64,000 nucleotides of DNA from the human T2T-CHM13v2.0 reference genome, Homo sapiens. The number at the start of each line of letters is the position of its first letter. The first letter of the stretch is position 1. Under the pieces are notes generated by a model. The model ran no database searches and was not told the origin of the DNA. It was given only the letters and a program-made list of their open reading frames with translations. The position numbers were made by a program, and so were the translations under genes. The stretch is from NCBI RefSeq assembly GCF_009914755.1, contig NC_060930.1. One strand, written 5' to 3'. Positions 47,500 through 62,771 of this stretch are shown in pieces.

Positions 47500-48063
47500 T
47501 TATTTAATGCCCTCCTATTGTGTATGAGAGGAATCCATTAATAGGATGGTATGTCACTCTTATTGTTAGGTTATGTTATAAGACATAGGTAGCTTTAAGA
47601 AAGGATTAACCTAAGTTAGACTTAACCTAATCAAGTTACCCCTTAAAAGAGACGTAGCTCATCCTGGTGAAGGAGACTTCAATCATGAGAGAAATTCAAC
47701 AAGAAACAGATTGTTCATTGTTAGCTTTGAAAATGAAGGGAGCACTCACTGTGGCACGGAATGCAGGCAGGTGACAGTCCCCGGGGAAGAGCCAGTGAGG
47801 AATGGAGTCCTCAATCCTACAACCATAGGAATTGAATTCTGCCACAGCTACCTGAGCTTGGAGAATGACCCCAAGCTCCTAATGAGATTTCAGTCCTTAT
47901 TGACACCTTGATTTCAATCTTGTGGCACTCCAAACACAGAACACATCTATCTATGTTATGCCAAAACTTCTGAGCTACAGAAATGGTGAGATCACCAACA
48001 GGGGTCTCTTTAAGACTCTAGATATGTGGTAAGTTGTTACACAGCCATAGAAAGCTAACATTA
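47500..48063 (+). mobile_element. MLT1E/F-like LTR
   Basis: atgtcactc...ttaggttatgtta...ggaattgaattctgcc...gttgttacacagccatagaaagctaac. Confidence 0.75.
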
Positions 48064-48204
48064 CTTGGTTACCCTCTAATTCACCTCCCACTGCCACATT
48101 TATATTTCTTGTTCAATTAGTTCATTATTTTGGTGCCCTTTTACCAACCTCATTGAACATTATCATAATGCTAAGGGCCTATGGGTGAGTATTATATGCC
48201 TTAA

Positions 48205-48205
<1 letters not shown>

Positions 48206-48256
<51 letters not shown>

Positions 48257-48262
48257 ACACAC
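48206..48262. repeat. (CA)n microsatellite
   Basis: About 25 units with one interruption. Confidence 0.97.
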
Positions 48263-48527
48263 TTCCCAGAGAAAGCAGTTACGTGACTTTTGGAAACATA
48301 ACCAAACTGTCAAAAGAACATAAAACTAGTTACTCATATTTGGAAAGGTAATTCAGTACTATTTGTTCTGCTATGGTGTAAAAAAAATCCACAATATTTT
48401 AATGGCAATAGTTATTAAATAGTGAAAATCTAGCAGCATTTACATCAACTAATGTTAAGTTCCATAAGTACTATGCCCAAATATTATTTTATCCCTTATC
48501 ATGTTAATTCCTGCCATTGAAACTTAC

Positions 48528-48714
48528 ACCCAGTTTTCAAAGAACTTTGATTTTTGCCTCACCTAAGACAGCAAGTCTATTCCCCCAATTTGGCAATACA
48601 AAAACTTTTGTTTCAGGCAAGCCAATGTTCTCAGTGCTCCACTGTGCATCTCTGTTCAATGCGATTCCTTTCAGAACCACTTATGAAGAAGAATTCCTCT
48701 CCATCAATCCAAAC
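48528..48714 (-). pseudogene. Pseudo-exon E5
   Basis: Strong donor GGT|GTAAGT. FGLMERNSSS*VVLKGIALNRDAQWSTENIGLPETKVFVLPNWGNRLAVLGEAKIKVL*KLG; ends in phase 0. Confidence 0.75.
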
Positions 48715-49625
48715 CTTTGAGATGCATCTATGCATCTATGAACTTCTTGTTCATAAATTCATTAATTAACAAACATGTACTGAAGTACCTACTGGGTATA
48801 CTAGAAATGATGAGATGCTTTTTCATTGGAAATTGGTTAAAACTAATAAAGATTAGGAAGCTGTAAAAAAAAATTAGACAAAGATCTCTATGCAAGAATA
48901 TCAAATTATACTGGTCAAAATTCATCTCTACTTTACAAAAGATGTCTGTAAACCACAGGAAGGAGACATTGTTTTTAAAAGTATACATGTATAGTTGGCT
49001 ATCTTTTGCTTAACAGAGAAGGAAAATAAGAAAACATTTGCTTATCTTTAAGAAAACAAGCTCAGGAAGAGTAAGCTGGAAACATGGCGTTGATGGAACA
49101 CAAGTGGTGGATGGAGGTAGTGGAGGGCCAGGAGGAGGCAATGGGAGGATAGGAATGAGGAGGGAGGCAGCCTTCTCTGCAGGGAATTTTTTGTATAGAT
49201 TTTGCTCCTGGAAATATGTTAAAGGTCCAAATACATTCAGTCAACAAAGGCAGGACAATCCTATAACTGAAAACATACTGAAACAAATAAACCTAATTAT
49301 ATCTCAAATGGATATCATTACCTCTGTGAAGGGAGAAAAAAAAAAGAAATAGAAGTAATCCAAGTGATTATAATTCATTTGGAATAGGCCTTTTCCTCAC
49401 CTCTGAATTGCAGGGGTTGTTGGTATTTAAGTGATTGAAGGTCGTCTCTTATGTTGCCGCAATCCCCTATTATTTTGGCAGGACTCATGACTCGTCTAAA
49501 TAGTCAGTTTTCATCTTTTATTTATGCTGTTTTTTTCTCCTATGTACACACTATAGAAATGGAAACTTCACTGTAGTAAACTTTTCCCTCTTTGTTAATG
49601 ACCACTGCTGGCCTAAAAATGTTAC

Positions 49626-49713
49626 CTTTATTTTAACACTGCTGCCTATGGCTATTAGAAAAAGTTGTTTCACACATAAACATACTTCTTGGAACCAAAA
49701 ACTTTCCATATAA
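49626..49713 (-). pseudogene. Pseudo-exon E4
   Basis: acattttag| ... AAG|GTAACA. LYGKFLVPRSMFMCETTFSNSHRQQC*NK; starts in phase 0, matching E3. Confidence 0.55.
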
Positions 49714-49741
49714 CTAAAATGTAATGCTTGACTCATCCAGT

Positions 49742-49797
<56 letters not shown>
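49742..49797. repeat. (TCTA)14 tetranucleotide STR
   Basis: 14 perfect units followed by degenerate TCCA/TCTA. Confidence 0.97.
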
Positions 49798-49798
<1 letters not shown>

Positions 49799-49986
49799 TT
49801 ATCCATCTGTCCATTTATCTATCTATCCATCTACCTGTCTATCTATCTATACTTCCCCCACACTTATATATGATCCTCTTTTAACGACTTGGGGAACTTT
49901 TCAACATTTTGTTACTCCACTGGCTTTTCACACAAATGGGGAAAAGACAGACTTAAGGGTACCAGATAAACAAAAATTACTAAATA

Positions 49987-50483
49987 GCTAAGAGCAACTG
50001 TCTCAAGGGTCCTGGGGACCTGGAGGCCCTGCTGCCAATGCTGGGACCCAGCACCTCCACTCCAGCTGCTGCTGCCAGATGTGAGTGCCAGGGTAGTCAG
50101 ATGTGTTGTTTAACTCAAGTGAAAATGGAAATCCAGGTTTTTAGATGTAATCAAACAGTTTCCAAATATTGGCATTCAATTCAAGATATTTATTTCTAAA
50201 CTATCTGAGGGCCACTCCCAACCCATCTATAGGTCACATTCAGCTGCTGAGGACATTGTGAGACCTCAGATATGGAACAACAAAGCCAACTAGAGATACC
50301 TAAGCACCAAGTTATGTATTACAAACAAGATTTGCACACAAGGGAGAAATAAAACTGGGAGCAGAAGTGGAAAGTGCTGCAGAAGGAAGACTTGAACTGA
50401 ATTTAGAAGGAAAACACTACATCTTAGAGTATAGAAAATAAAAGGGAAAAAAAAGTTTGCCAATATGTCATGGCTAATTATGC
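49987..50483 (+). repeat. Local duplication copy 1 (includes a MER102-like fragment)
   Basis: Colinear with 52060-52901. Confidence 0.9.
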
Positions 50484-50631
50484 CCTCAGTGTCTTTGTAA
50501 ACGGAAGTGCCAGGCCACTATTCACTGAAACTTAGCTTGGTTTTACCAAACCTCGAAAAGTTAATATTATGATACATCCAGAAAGATGAAGATAAACATG
50601 ACATGTTTATAATGTGATTTCCCCATTCTAC

Positions 50632-50836
50632 CTCTAATTTTTTAAAAAAATTATCATTGCTTTTTTTTTAAAGTTGTGAGTATGTTTCATATAATGTTTC
50701 TGATCTTTTCTCAATGTCCAGTTGTTTTTACTTCTTGCTGGGTCAGAGTATAATTCTTGAACGAGCTTCGCTCTTATTTCCAAATGCTTTTAGACCATGG
50801 GTCCAAAAAGCCATATTAGCTAGAATTTTGCATAAA
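50632..50836 (-). pseudogene. Pseudo-exon E3
   Basis: ttttcttatcttcag| ... GAG|GTAGAA. FMQNSS*YGFLDPWSKSIWK*ERSSFKNYTLTQQEVK/QLDIEKRSETLYETYSQL*KKSNDNFFKKLE, with a +1 frameshift in an A run. Confidence 0.65.
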
Positions 50837-50901
50837 CTGAAGATAAGAAAACTATGAGTGCATGACATTCTTATAAGAAAAATGTTTTGGTTTTTAGTTT
50901 C

Positions 50902-51055
50902 CTAATTAAGTTTTGTTAAATCAATGTTGTCAGCTCTGACTTCTAGTGTCTCTGTGTCACTAGCATTTGATTGCTGAATAAGTATTATTTTGGTGTATTT
51001 TAAAGTATTATTATCTGTCACAATATATATGATTTTGGAACTATTTGTAAGTATA
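50902..51055 (-). pseudogene. Pseudo-exon E2
   Basis: aattttcag| acceptor; ILTNSSKIIYIVTDNNTLKYTKIILIQQSNASDTETLEVRADNIDLTKLN*. Phase 2>0, donor degenerate (GAAACT), three N-x-S/T sequons. The following intron would be only 65 nt. Confidence 0.5.
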
Positions 51056-52059
51056 CTGAAAATTCTATATCTAAAACCATATATACATTTATCATATAGA
51101 TACACCTATCTATAGTATCTATATCTGTTTTAGATACATATTTTACATATATACATGTTAATGTCATGTTAATGACATGTTGATATCATCTCTTTTCTTT
51201 TACATGTTTTAATCTTTTTCTTGCTCAATTCCCTTGACTATTTCACAATGGAAATAAAAAAGAAGTTCTTAGGACCAAATCTTCTATAACCTTATTACAC
51301 AATTGGGTTATTTCTATTATTTTTTAAATATATGGAAAATAATCTTCATAAGTTCCCTTTCTCCCAAATAGTATATTGTAAATATTCTTATACAATTAAA
51401 GATGGGTCAGAAAAAGAATTCTACAAGAAGTAACCCTAAATGAACCCTAGTCTACATAACAAAAGATGTACAATGGTCAGAGATGGCCTGACTGAGGGTG
51501 TCGGGTAATTTGGTAATGCTGGTTCACAAGAAATGATGGTTCTAAGGGGCTGCAGGGCTGGAGAGAGTACCAGACACCCCTCTCTGTGGAGGCCACTTTC
51601 TAGTAAATGATCAGCTGGTGTTAACCCCTATGGGGCAATTTCCAATATGAGTAATTACTTCTTGTGCATCTAAATCTTCCCTGAATGTGCAGCTGGGAAT
51701 ACTTTCATTACATGTTATTCTTTCCACACCATAAATTAATCCCTACACGTGCTGTAGATCCCCTGTGAATCTCAAAAAGGAGTTGCGAAGATTAATCATT
51801 TAATTTGTGTGAATTGTGTGAAAATTGTTTTCCCCTGGCTCTTTGAGAAGCTCAGTATATGCTCAGCTGCACACAACGGAAGTATTTGAACAAATTAATT
51901 TACTGAGCAACTACTATGTGTCCGGTACTACGCCAGGCAGTGGGAGAATGAAGAAAATTATTAGACAATCTCTGACTTCAAGGGATTTATTAGCTAGTAA
52001 CAAAACTGAAATGACATGGTTAGGCCACAACCTCAAATGCCTATGGCCAACGAGGCAGA

Positions 52060-52901
<842 letters not shown>

Positions 52902-53010
52902 TCTATTGCATGCTAATACAATGGAGATTATCCTAAATGATGGAGACATGACCTTCACAGAAAAATCTGGAAGGCACTGCAAACATTGAATAATTTTCAT
53001 ATAAACTCAG

Positions 53011-53233
53011 ATGTGAACAACATCCATGCTCCCAAACATTTCTCCGCTAGTAATAAGAAGATGATTATGAAAATGAAAACCTTGTTCCTTTCAGCTATTA
53101 CGATATAAAAAGTGGTTATTGTTAATACATTGTGAGATCAAGAGTGTTATACAGACAAGAATGATGACCCTAACATTTGCTTTCAAGATGTTTTGAAATA
53201 TTTGTCAAGCTGGTCATTGTGTGGAGATGACAT
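53011..53233 (-). pseudogene. Pseudo-exon E1 (putative first coding exon, signal-peptide-like)
   Basis: QNILKANVRVIILVCITLLISQCINNNHFLYRNS*KEQGFHFHNHLLITSGEMFGSMDVVH. Ends in phase 2 at CTGAGT (GTGAGT with +1 G>C), which matches E2. The upstream ATGs (53233, 53217) are out of frame. Confidence 0.4.
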
Positions 53234-53480
53234 TTAAGGATTAAAGGCTCTTTGCAAACTCCCCTCTCCTGGCCATGCCTGGCCTATGCAGGATCCTTTC
53301 TAATAAGAAAGGATGCAAATGCATGGGTGGTGACAGGCACGTGGCCTTCTTCACCGTCACTGCTACCAGGAACCGAGGGATCACTACACATGTCTCGGTT
53401 GTTTGTAGCCCCTCAGGGTCAGGAAACACCTTTCAAATCCACGTTTTATTTCCTGATCGATGAAATGCAGCCACTGTGGC

Positions 53481-53540
53481 ATATTCATGCATCTCTGCTA
53501 AGAAAGAAATAATATTCATGCATCTCTGCTAAGAAAGAAA
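53481..53540 (+). repeat. Perfect short tandem duplication (29 bp repeated, 31-bp period)
   Basis: atattcatgcatctctgctaagaaagaaa x2. Confidence 0.97.
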
Positions 53541-54433
53541 AGTCAAAAATAGAAGGGGAAAAAAAACTTTTTGTGGGAAGAGAGAAACTGGAACAAAATG
53601 TGTTGGAATAAAAGATTGATGAAGAGGTATTCAATGCTTGCAGGGAAAAAACTGGGAAAACAATTGATGTCAGGAAGCTTTAGATAAGACACTCAAGAAT
53701 TTCATTTTAATATTTATTGCTTGTAGTGAAATTGATCGGTATCTCCGGCATGATGAGGTCATGAAAGAAGAGATTGATGCAGGCAAATTCATTATTTCTG
53801 CTTCTGTTCTTTCTGTTTTGATATTAGTCTATTTTCTCCCAATAAACTATCCTATTGCATACCTCCCAACTTTTGCCATTTGTGGTAATGTAATTTTCCT
53901 GTCATCTTTTATGAAATACTAGAGTACCCATCTGTTGTACGGGTAGGGATAAAATAGCTTCCTTCAGAAGAAAACACTGACTGTAAACAGCCAAGCCCCA
54001 TGAAAGACAAGTGAATCTTCTAGTGGTCCTTTATCAGATTATATTTTCTGGTGCCAGGGCAGCCCATCTTGCTTGACCTTTTTTACTTATGTACATGAGA
54101 AAAACCGTGGGTCCTAATCAGTCATATGATAATATTCTGGGTTTTTTTTTCCTAGCATAGTTATTCAACTAAGATATTTTAATGCAAATACTCTGATTTC
54201 AATTTATTGAAATCAAGGAAATAAACATAAAAAAATGGAAACAAACAATGTAATTTAGTCAGGTATCTTGAAAGATCAAGCACTACATTATGTGTCTCAG
54301 AGACTGGCTTCAGAAGTCAGCCGCTGTCCTCAGAGACATGACTGACCTTAAAACGCAGGTGACAATGATACCCCTTTTCCTCAGAGATTGTAGCAAATCC
54401 CAACTCAAAATCTCACAAAAACAAATCACAACA

Positions 54434-54704
54434 ACAGAGTCTCACTCTGTCACCCAGCCTGGAGTGCAGTGGCATGATCTCAGCTGGCTCACTGCAACCT
54501 ACGACTCCCAGGTTCAAGCGATTCTCCTGCCTCAGCCTCCCGAGTAGCTGGGATCACAGGTGCCTGCCACCATGGCCAACTAATTTTTGTATTTTTAGTA
54601 GAGATGGGGTTTTACCATGTTGGTCAGGCTGTTCTCGAACTCCTGACCTCAAGTGATCTGCATGCCTCAGCCTCCCAAACTGCTGGGATTACAGGCGTGA
54701 GCCA
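54434..54704 (-). mobile_element. Tailless AluS
   Basis: Antisense Alu without poly(T), flanked by aaatcacaac direct repeats. Confidence 0.92.
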
Positions 54705-54954
54705 GAAAATCACAACTCTATCCAGAAGATGCTCCTGAATCTGACATCCAGGGGGATAGGATCAGCTGCCTTCTTGGATGTGGTGAAGGGATCTTTATCT
54801 CAGCTGTCTTGCCGAATAAGCACATGGAGCTGATTTCGATTGTGCACTGCAGATCAGCAAAAATCTTTCTACTTACACTGTGTGTAAGCTGTATGGAAAA
54901 AGTTGTACTGTTGAAATTATTTTTAATATTATCACATTGTAATTGTTAGATTAG

Positions 54955-55360
54955 ATTTTTTTTAACTTTTAAGCTCAAAGGTACATGTGCAGGATGTGCA
55001 TGTTAGTTACATAAGTAAACTTGTGTCATGGAGTTTTGCTGTACAGATTACTTCATCACCCAGGTATTAAGCCAAGTATCTATTAGTTATTTTTCTTGAT
55101 AATCTCCTTCCTCTCATCCTCTGCCTTCCAGAAGGCCCCAGTGTGTGTTGTTCCCTATATGTATTCATGTGTTCTCATGACTTAGCTCCCACTTATATGT
55201 AAGAACATGCTGTGTTTGGTTTTCCCTTCCTGAATTAGTTTGCTAAGGATAATGGCTTCCAGCTCCATCCATGTCCCTGCAAAGGACATGATCTCATTCT
55301 TTTTTATGGCTGCATAGTATTCAATGGTGTATATGTACCACATTTTCTTTATCTAGTCTG
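54955..55360 (-). mobile_element. L1PA (PA10-13-like) 3' end
   Basis: gtacatgtgcaggatgtgca...catcacccaggtattaagcc. Confidence 0.9.
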
Positions 55361-55619
55361 TATGAGAATATAGACGGGAAGACAAAGAGAGAGTAATGAA
55401 AGATAAGAGCTAAAGTCCCACCAAACCATCTTAATTTTTGCCACCAACTTAGGATACTTCCCTCATGTCACATGTCAACCAAAACTGCAGCTGTCTGATC
55501 CACCGTCTCATGTCCAGGCCAGGTGGCTTCTCAACATCTGTAATACCATAATAGCTTCTTCCCTGGATGCCCTGCCTCTACCAGGCCAGTTCCCCACCAT
55601 AGCCAGAGGGCCGAAGTCC

Positions 55620-56043
55620 TAGCAGGTGCCATGGTGACGGAAGCAGAGGATGCCAGAAGCAGAGGATGCCAGATGCAGGGTCAGGAGCTGAGGAAAGCAG
55701 GCGGCCTGCAGCAAGAAAATGGGTCCCTGGAGCCTGCAGGAGCAACAGCCCTGCCGACACCTTGTTTTCTGCCTGGGGCATTCTGACCTCCAGAAGTCTA
55801 AAGGAAGAAATTTCTGTTGTTTAAGTTCCCACGTTCATGGTAATTGTGGGGTGGGGGGAGCGGGGAGGGATAGCATTAGGAGATATACCTAATGTAAATG
55901 ATGAGTTAATGGGTGCAGCACACCAACATGGCACATGTATACATATGTAACAAACCTGCACATTGTGCATATGTACCCTAGAACTTAAATTATAATAAAA
56001 ATATATATATATAAAAAAAAAGCAGCAATGGGAGACTTTACAG
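55620..56043 (+). mobile_element. MLT1D-like LTR fragment with a young L1PA (PA4/5-like) 3' end inserted at ~55845-56020
   Basis: cagccctgccgacaccttg...tctgacctccagaa; L1 gggatagcattaggagatatacctaatgtaaatg plus poly(A). Confidence 0.85.
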
Positions 56044-56690
56044 TACTGGATACATGAAGGTTTTATGTACAATTTTTAAAAACTAGTGAATTCAAAACAA
56101 CTGACATACCTTTAGGGTCAATGAAATTTGAAACAACCACAGCAAATACTTTGTTAGTGTCCATATTATTACATAATTATTAATAACATTAAGTATACCA
56201 TCTTTTCAGTATTTAAGTGAAAATTTACAATCATTCAGTAAGGAAAGTTTTCTGATGACCATAGCGTTCTTTTTACTTGGTAACTGAAATAGTGAAAACA
56301 GAAAATCATAAAGGCTATCTTTTTCCAACAAAGCCCTGACTGGAAAGAAATAACAAGGTCATAGTCTCTGCTAACAAGGGCAACTAACTTTCCTGTAACA
56401 GTTGAAGTTTTGTTATAGTGGTTTGAAAGATTGCTGATTTATAACTTTGAGATTTAAAACACTTGCTATAAGAATAGATGTGTTAAAATATTTGTTGTAG
56501 CAAAGAAAAATAGCTGTGAAAGATGCTTCCTGGGAGATGGTTTGTACCTGGCAACTCATAATCATTAGCTCACAATGACTTCACTGATCTGGGTCTAATC
56601 AAAGCATGAGGAATCTGAAAATCAGAAACATAGCTAAGTTATTCTCCCCTGTAAAATCTATTATACAGGTGAAAATAAAAGTTACTCTAA

Positions 56691-56955
<265 letters not shown>

Positions 56956-58347
56956 TAATTATTATGTCATATTCTTAAGACTGCTCAGTGCTTAGGGTGA
57001 GAAAGCCTTCCCAAGGGAGGGTCTGTTCTCTCCTGCCTGGTCATAGGGCATAGTACATCTCTCTCCATTTATTTTCTATTCTTTGAGACAATTATTCCTC
57101 ATGTTCCAATATTCTTTTTCTTTTCACTGTCTTTCTGTCTTGAATAAATCTCCAACATCCCCCACAACTATCCCTTTTAAGTTTCAGATACCCAGACAAC
57201 AAAGCACATAACCAAGACGCTTGATCACACACACGTGCATGCATACACGTACACACTTATACACCATGCATATATGTGTGTGTTTGCACACAAAAATCTT
57301 GCTTCGCAAACAGAAGGCGGCATGTAAATAACTGCTTGGAACTCATTGGCAGATAAAGAAACAGAGGAGATGTCAATTATTTAAGATAACAAATGGGTCT
57401 TTTCTCTTAGTATTGCTCCCCTGCCAGAACAGGTTCAATCTTAAGAATTTTACCTTTATCCCACCCCTCTGCCACTGTTTCATTTTATGGCCTTAGGACT
57501 GTCATTTGGCTTTTCCTTGACCAGTTCTTTCCATAAGACTTGCTGGCCTTTGTTTCCTTTCTGATTTTTACTGTTCTCTTGTCCTTGCTGCCCTCACTGT
57601 AACTGGCTTCTGTTCATTTCTCCAACCTGTCAAGAGCATTTAGAATCCCATTCCTACCCAGCTAGGTTCTGTTGCCCCATCTGACTTTACGACATCCTCA
57701 TGCAAGGTGACCATGTACTCTACTCCATCACCACAGTCACTGACGAAGAGCCCTGGGCACAGGGCTGACCCAGGCGATACAACACCTGTGTCTGCCAAGT
57801 TAATGGCATTCCATTATTAATTACTCGTTAGGAGAAATGTGTGGGATGACAGGGGATAACACACACCTCTAACATTCCCAGACATCGAAGCAAGCATCTC
57901 ATGGGCTTCTGTGGAAGTTCATTTACATAAGTGGTTCTTGATCCTGATCTTGTAGAGGTCATAAAGCCTTTGCGGATCGGATAAAAGCTATGGATTATCT
58001 TTTCGAAAAGCTGTGCACACACACATGCCACAGCATTTTGCATAAAATTTCAGAAGATTCAAGGATTTCCCTTGAAGTACATCTCTAGAACTCCTGGAGT
58101 TTAGAACATTCAGGTTAAGAGTATCTAGTGAAGGTAATTTTAAATATTGTAGCATCTACATTATCTTTAAAAGAAATGTACACTAGATGCCAGAAGAAAA
58201 TATAATTTGAAGGATTTTCTTTAATCTAGATGATATCACATATATACCTTAAAAATAATCTTGATTGACCTATGCTCTCAGGCCAAAGAAAGAATTATTC
58301 ATGCAATCAAATGAAAATGATTTTTTTCTGCTGTAAAAAGTAAAATT

Positions 58348-59145
<798 letters not shown>

Positions 59146-60700
59146 TCAAATTTTTAGCAAAGAAATCTTACTGCTGTGTAAATACTATTGTTTGTTTTAA
59201 ATTTTTGAAACTTTTAAAAATCATTTCATTGTTAGGCACAACTGACAAAAAGAGAAGTACACAAAACAACTCAATGAGTCATCAGGTAGCAAACAGTCAT
59301 ATCGCCACCACCCAAGTCAAGACACAAAGAAGGTTTCCATGTAGCGCTTGCTCTCTGAGGTGTGTCTACTACACAACACAGAGTTCCCATGCAGAATTAA
59401 TCTGGTCTCCCCAAGAATGCTGCCAGACAGAGATTAGTAATCCCATGTTCTGGGTTGAGTAAAGGGAAGCTTAGAGAATGTCTTACAAGGTCACGTAGCT
59501 AGTAAGTGATAGAAATAGGATTCTAAACATCAGCCTTTTTCACCCCACCTCCACATGGGTTGGACTACATAGAGGCCAGCTGGTGCAGTAAAACACATCA
59601 ATTATATTAAAATTATCCAGAGGTATAAATGTGACTCATACTTGGTTAATGACCACATTGTTTATCCTTTTGATATTCTTCATTGTGACTTCTGACCACT
59701 GTTCTAATTTTGCCCTTTAGAGTAATTTAAACAGATGCCTTAACATTTCCACATGCAAGATCCTAAGTAGCTAAAGACCGTGGGCACATCCCCAGGAAGA
59801 CTCATTCCCAGGAATTCTCCCTAGGTTCTCTCAGGGAACGGCATCTCCAGGCAACTTACTCCCCTGACTGTCCTCTTGTGGTCACATTAGTGTGTTAACA
59901 CCCCTAGTAAGTAAAGGTATGTCCAGAACTGACACTGAATTTTAGATGTTCACTATCAACCCAACGAACAGTTCATTCACTCATTCAACAAATATTTCTT
60001 TAGAGCTTTGCACTATTCCAGACTATACCTCCTCTGACAATGCTTTGATTAATGCAGGGAAAGTCACAGGCACATTTTTCTACTCTTGCCACACTGTTGT
60101 CTTATACTGAACATGGGATCAAGTAAAATCTGTATGCTTTTCACAGGAACTACTGCCAAGGAAGGTCCCCAGCATCCTATATTTATATAATTGGTTTTTC
60201 GAAATGATCTTTGTGCTGTCTTCACAGTAGATCACCAGGGTTTCATGTGGTAATATTTCAAAATTAGTATTTTGGTGGTTGATCAACAGAATCCAATAAT
60301 ATTTTTTAAATGTTTTTTCAGACTTTAAAAGTTAAATTTTTATATCTGTTTAGAAAGAATCCTTTCCTTCCTTATATGCCTCTCCTTCCTTAAAAACAAA
60401 CAAATGAAGTATGTATAATTGTTCTCTGTTGTTATGGTTTGCATCTTATAGCCATGAACTCTAACGACCGACTTCCTATGTGCTAAAAGTGGTAATTGAT
60501 CTAACTGCATTACAATTTTTCAATATAAGCAACTAGTTATTGAAGTGGCTTAATTTAGCAAGGAAACACCTAATGAGTCAATGGCTTTATTCGGTTAATT
60601 CAGTGAAAAGTGCTAATGATTCAGAAAGTTTAAGGAGTTATTGTAAGGCCGCCTGTAGGAAAGTACTAATAACCAAGCTATGACCAACTGCCTCAAGAGC

Positions 60701-60820
60701 AGGGTTGCCAGGGTAGGCAAGTTAGGATACAAAGCACTCAGTGAAATTTGCATTTCAAATTTGTTGTTCATCTGCAATTCAAATTTAACTGGTTGTCTTG
60801 TGTTTTATCTAGCAACTCTA
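60701..60820. mobile_element. MER53-like palindromic DNA transposon
   Basis: agggttgccag...cagtgaaatttgcatttca / tgcaattcaaatttaactg...ctagcaactct inverted ends. Confidence 0.7.
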
Positions 60821-62416
60821 TTTTGCAGCCTTCAACATAGCAATGATTAATTAACAGGAGATGTTAATACCAGATTTACTTCTCCATGGGCATTCACTAC
60901 CCACAAAAAAGGTAGCCAACGTATTTTGATGTTTGACTTCTGCAAAATTAGAAGACATAAGTCTTTTTTGGAAATGGCTTAAAAATAGAAGGGGCAGGAT
61001 AAAACTGCAGATGCCAACTGTCATTTTCCACTCCATCCATTCATTTCATAAAATTATACAGCCAGAAAAAGATCATTTAGTCCAAATCTATTTACTTAGA
61101 AATGTCACAAGACCAAGAAAGTATCTTACTTTTCAATAATTCCTCAGAATCTGACTTCGCATCTACTCAACCTATTTCATTTTGGATGCTGTAAGGTCTT
61201 CAGAGCTAGAAAGGATGCTGCAGTAAATCTGGCCATCAGGCAGCTAACAAAGAGGGCACACCAGACAGCAGACAATGGGCTAATGCTGGAGATGGCCCTG
61301 GAAGGGCATGGGTCAGGTTCTATGATGTCCTGGTGATAGAAGTATTCCAAGGCTGGACAGTTCTGCAAAAGGGATAGGAGCTGGGGAAATCAAGAGGAGC
61401 AGTGGCCAGGAAAAATGTGCGTGACTTAGGCATACAAGATGTATAGGACCATGAAAAATGGGAAAGCAAAACTCCATAAGAATTTTTGGTAGGCTGCTAG
61501 TTTTTTAAGTTACATTCCACAGCCGGATGTGATAGAGTCCCAGTCATGATACCTCATGTCACTGGCCAACAGGGTTGATTGAGCCACAACCAGGCTTATG
61601 AAGTTGGCTTTGCCCCTACTCACTGCTTCAGCTGAATATCTCCCTAAACTGAACATTCTGGTAAAAATGACATCTTCCTAGAAATAAGACCAATTTAAGC
61701 ATAGGTGAGATTCACAGTCTATAATAGAGAAAACCATAATTTATGACTTTTTATAAGCTAAGTTTATCATTGCTAACACTGTTCTTTCTTTCATGCACAC
61801 ATTCCACCGACAAACAGCCAAAAATTTTAAATAAACCAAAAGGATTCAATACATATTCACAGTTCTAGACTTATTGGCTCTAGAAATTGGGGCCTTTTCC
61901 TTTTGTTTTATGCTAATTAGGCTTGAAGTCATAATTTCCCTTAAACACATGAGCACTATTAAGCGCCAATTCTGGGGTATTTAAAGAGTTACAAAGAGAG
62001 TGCAAAAGGGGAAAAAAAACATGAATACGACCTCATTCCTTTCTTTAAAAGGATCTCAGTATAGTTAATGAAATAAGACATATTTATATGAAAAGTTGGC
62101 ATATATTGCCTGTGCTTTTATGTAAAAGCTGCATTAGTATAAAAAACAGTAAAGATTATAGAAATTCAAAGAATCCATATCACTTTTGATAGGGGTGCTC
62201 AAAATTTCATTGCAGTAAAAAAAAGAGGGAATTGAACCTGGACTTAAACAGTTAAGATTCAAGTAAAACTGATTATTTGAGCATCTACTCAACGGGGAGA
62301 GTAGGCTTATTCACATATATTCTCTAAATTTATGTCATTTCATTCAAACATTAAAGCATATCATTTACCAATAAAGCCTCAACCATTTACTTCTTCCATA
62401 TTTCATATATAGGTAA

Positions 62417-62771
62417 TGATATGGTTTGGCTGTGTCCCCATCCAAATCTCACCTTGAATTGTAATAATCCTCTCACGTCAAGGGCAGGGCCAGCTGGACA
62501 TAATTGAATCATGGGGGCACTTTCCCCGATACTGTTCCCATGGTAGTGAATAAGTCTCAAGAGATACGACTGTTTTATAAATGTGAGTTCCCCTGCACAA
62601 GCTCTCCTGCCTGTCTCCATGTAAGACCTGGCCTTGCTCCTCCTTGCCTTCTGCCATAATTGTGAGGCCTCTCCAGGCATGTGGAGGTGTGAGTCAATTA
62701 AACCTCTTTGCTTTATAAATTACCCAGTCTTGGGTAAGTCTTTATTAGCAGCATGAAAACACACTAATACA
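62417..62771 (+). mobile_element. THE1 (THE1C-like) solo LTR
   Basis: tgatatggtttggctgtgtcccc...ctaataca; 5-bp TSD ggtaa. Confidence 0.95.
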
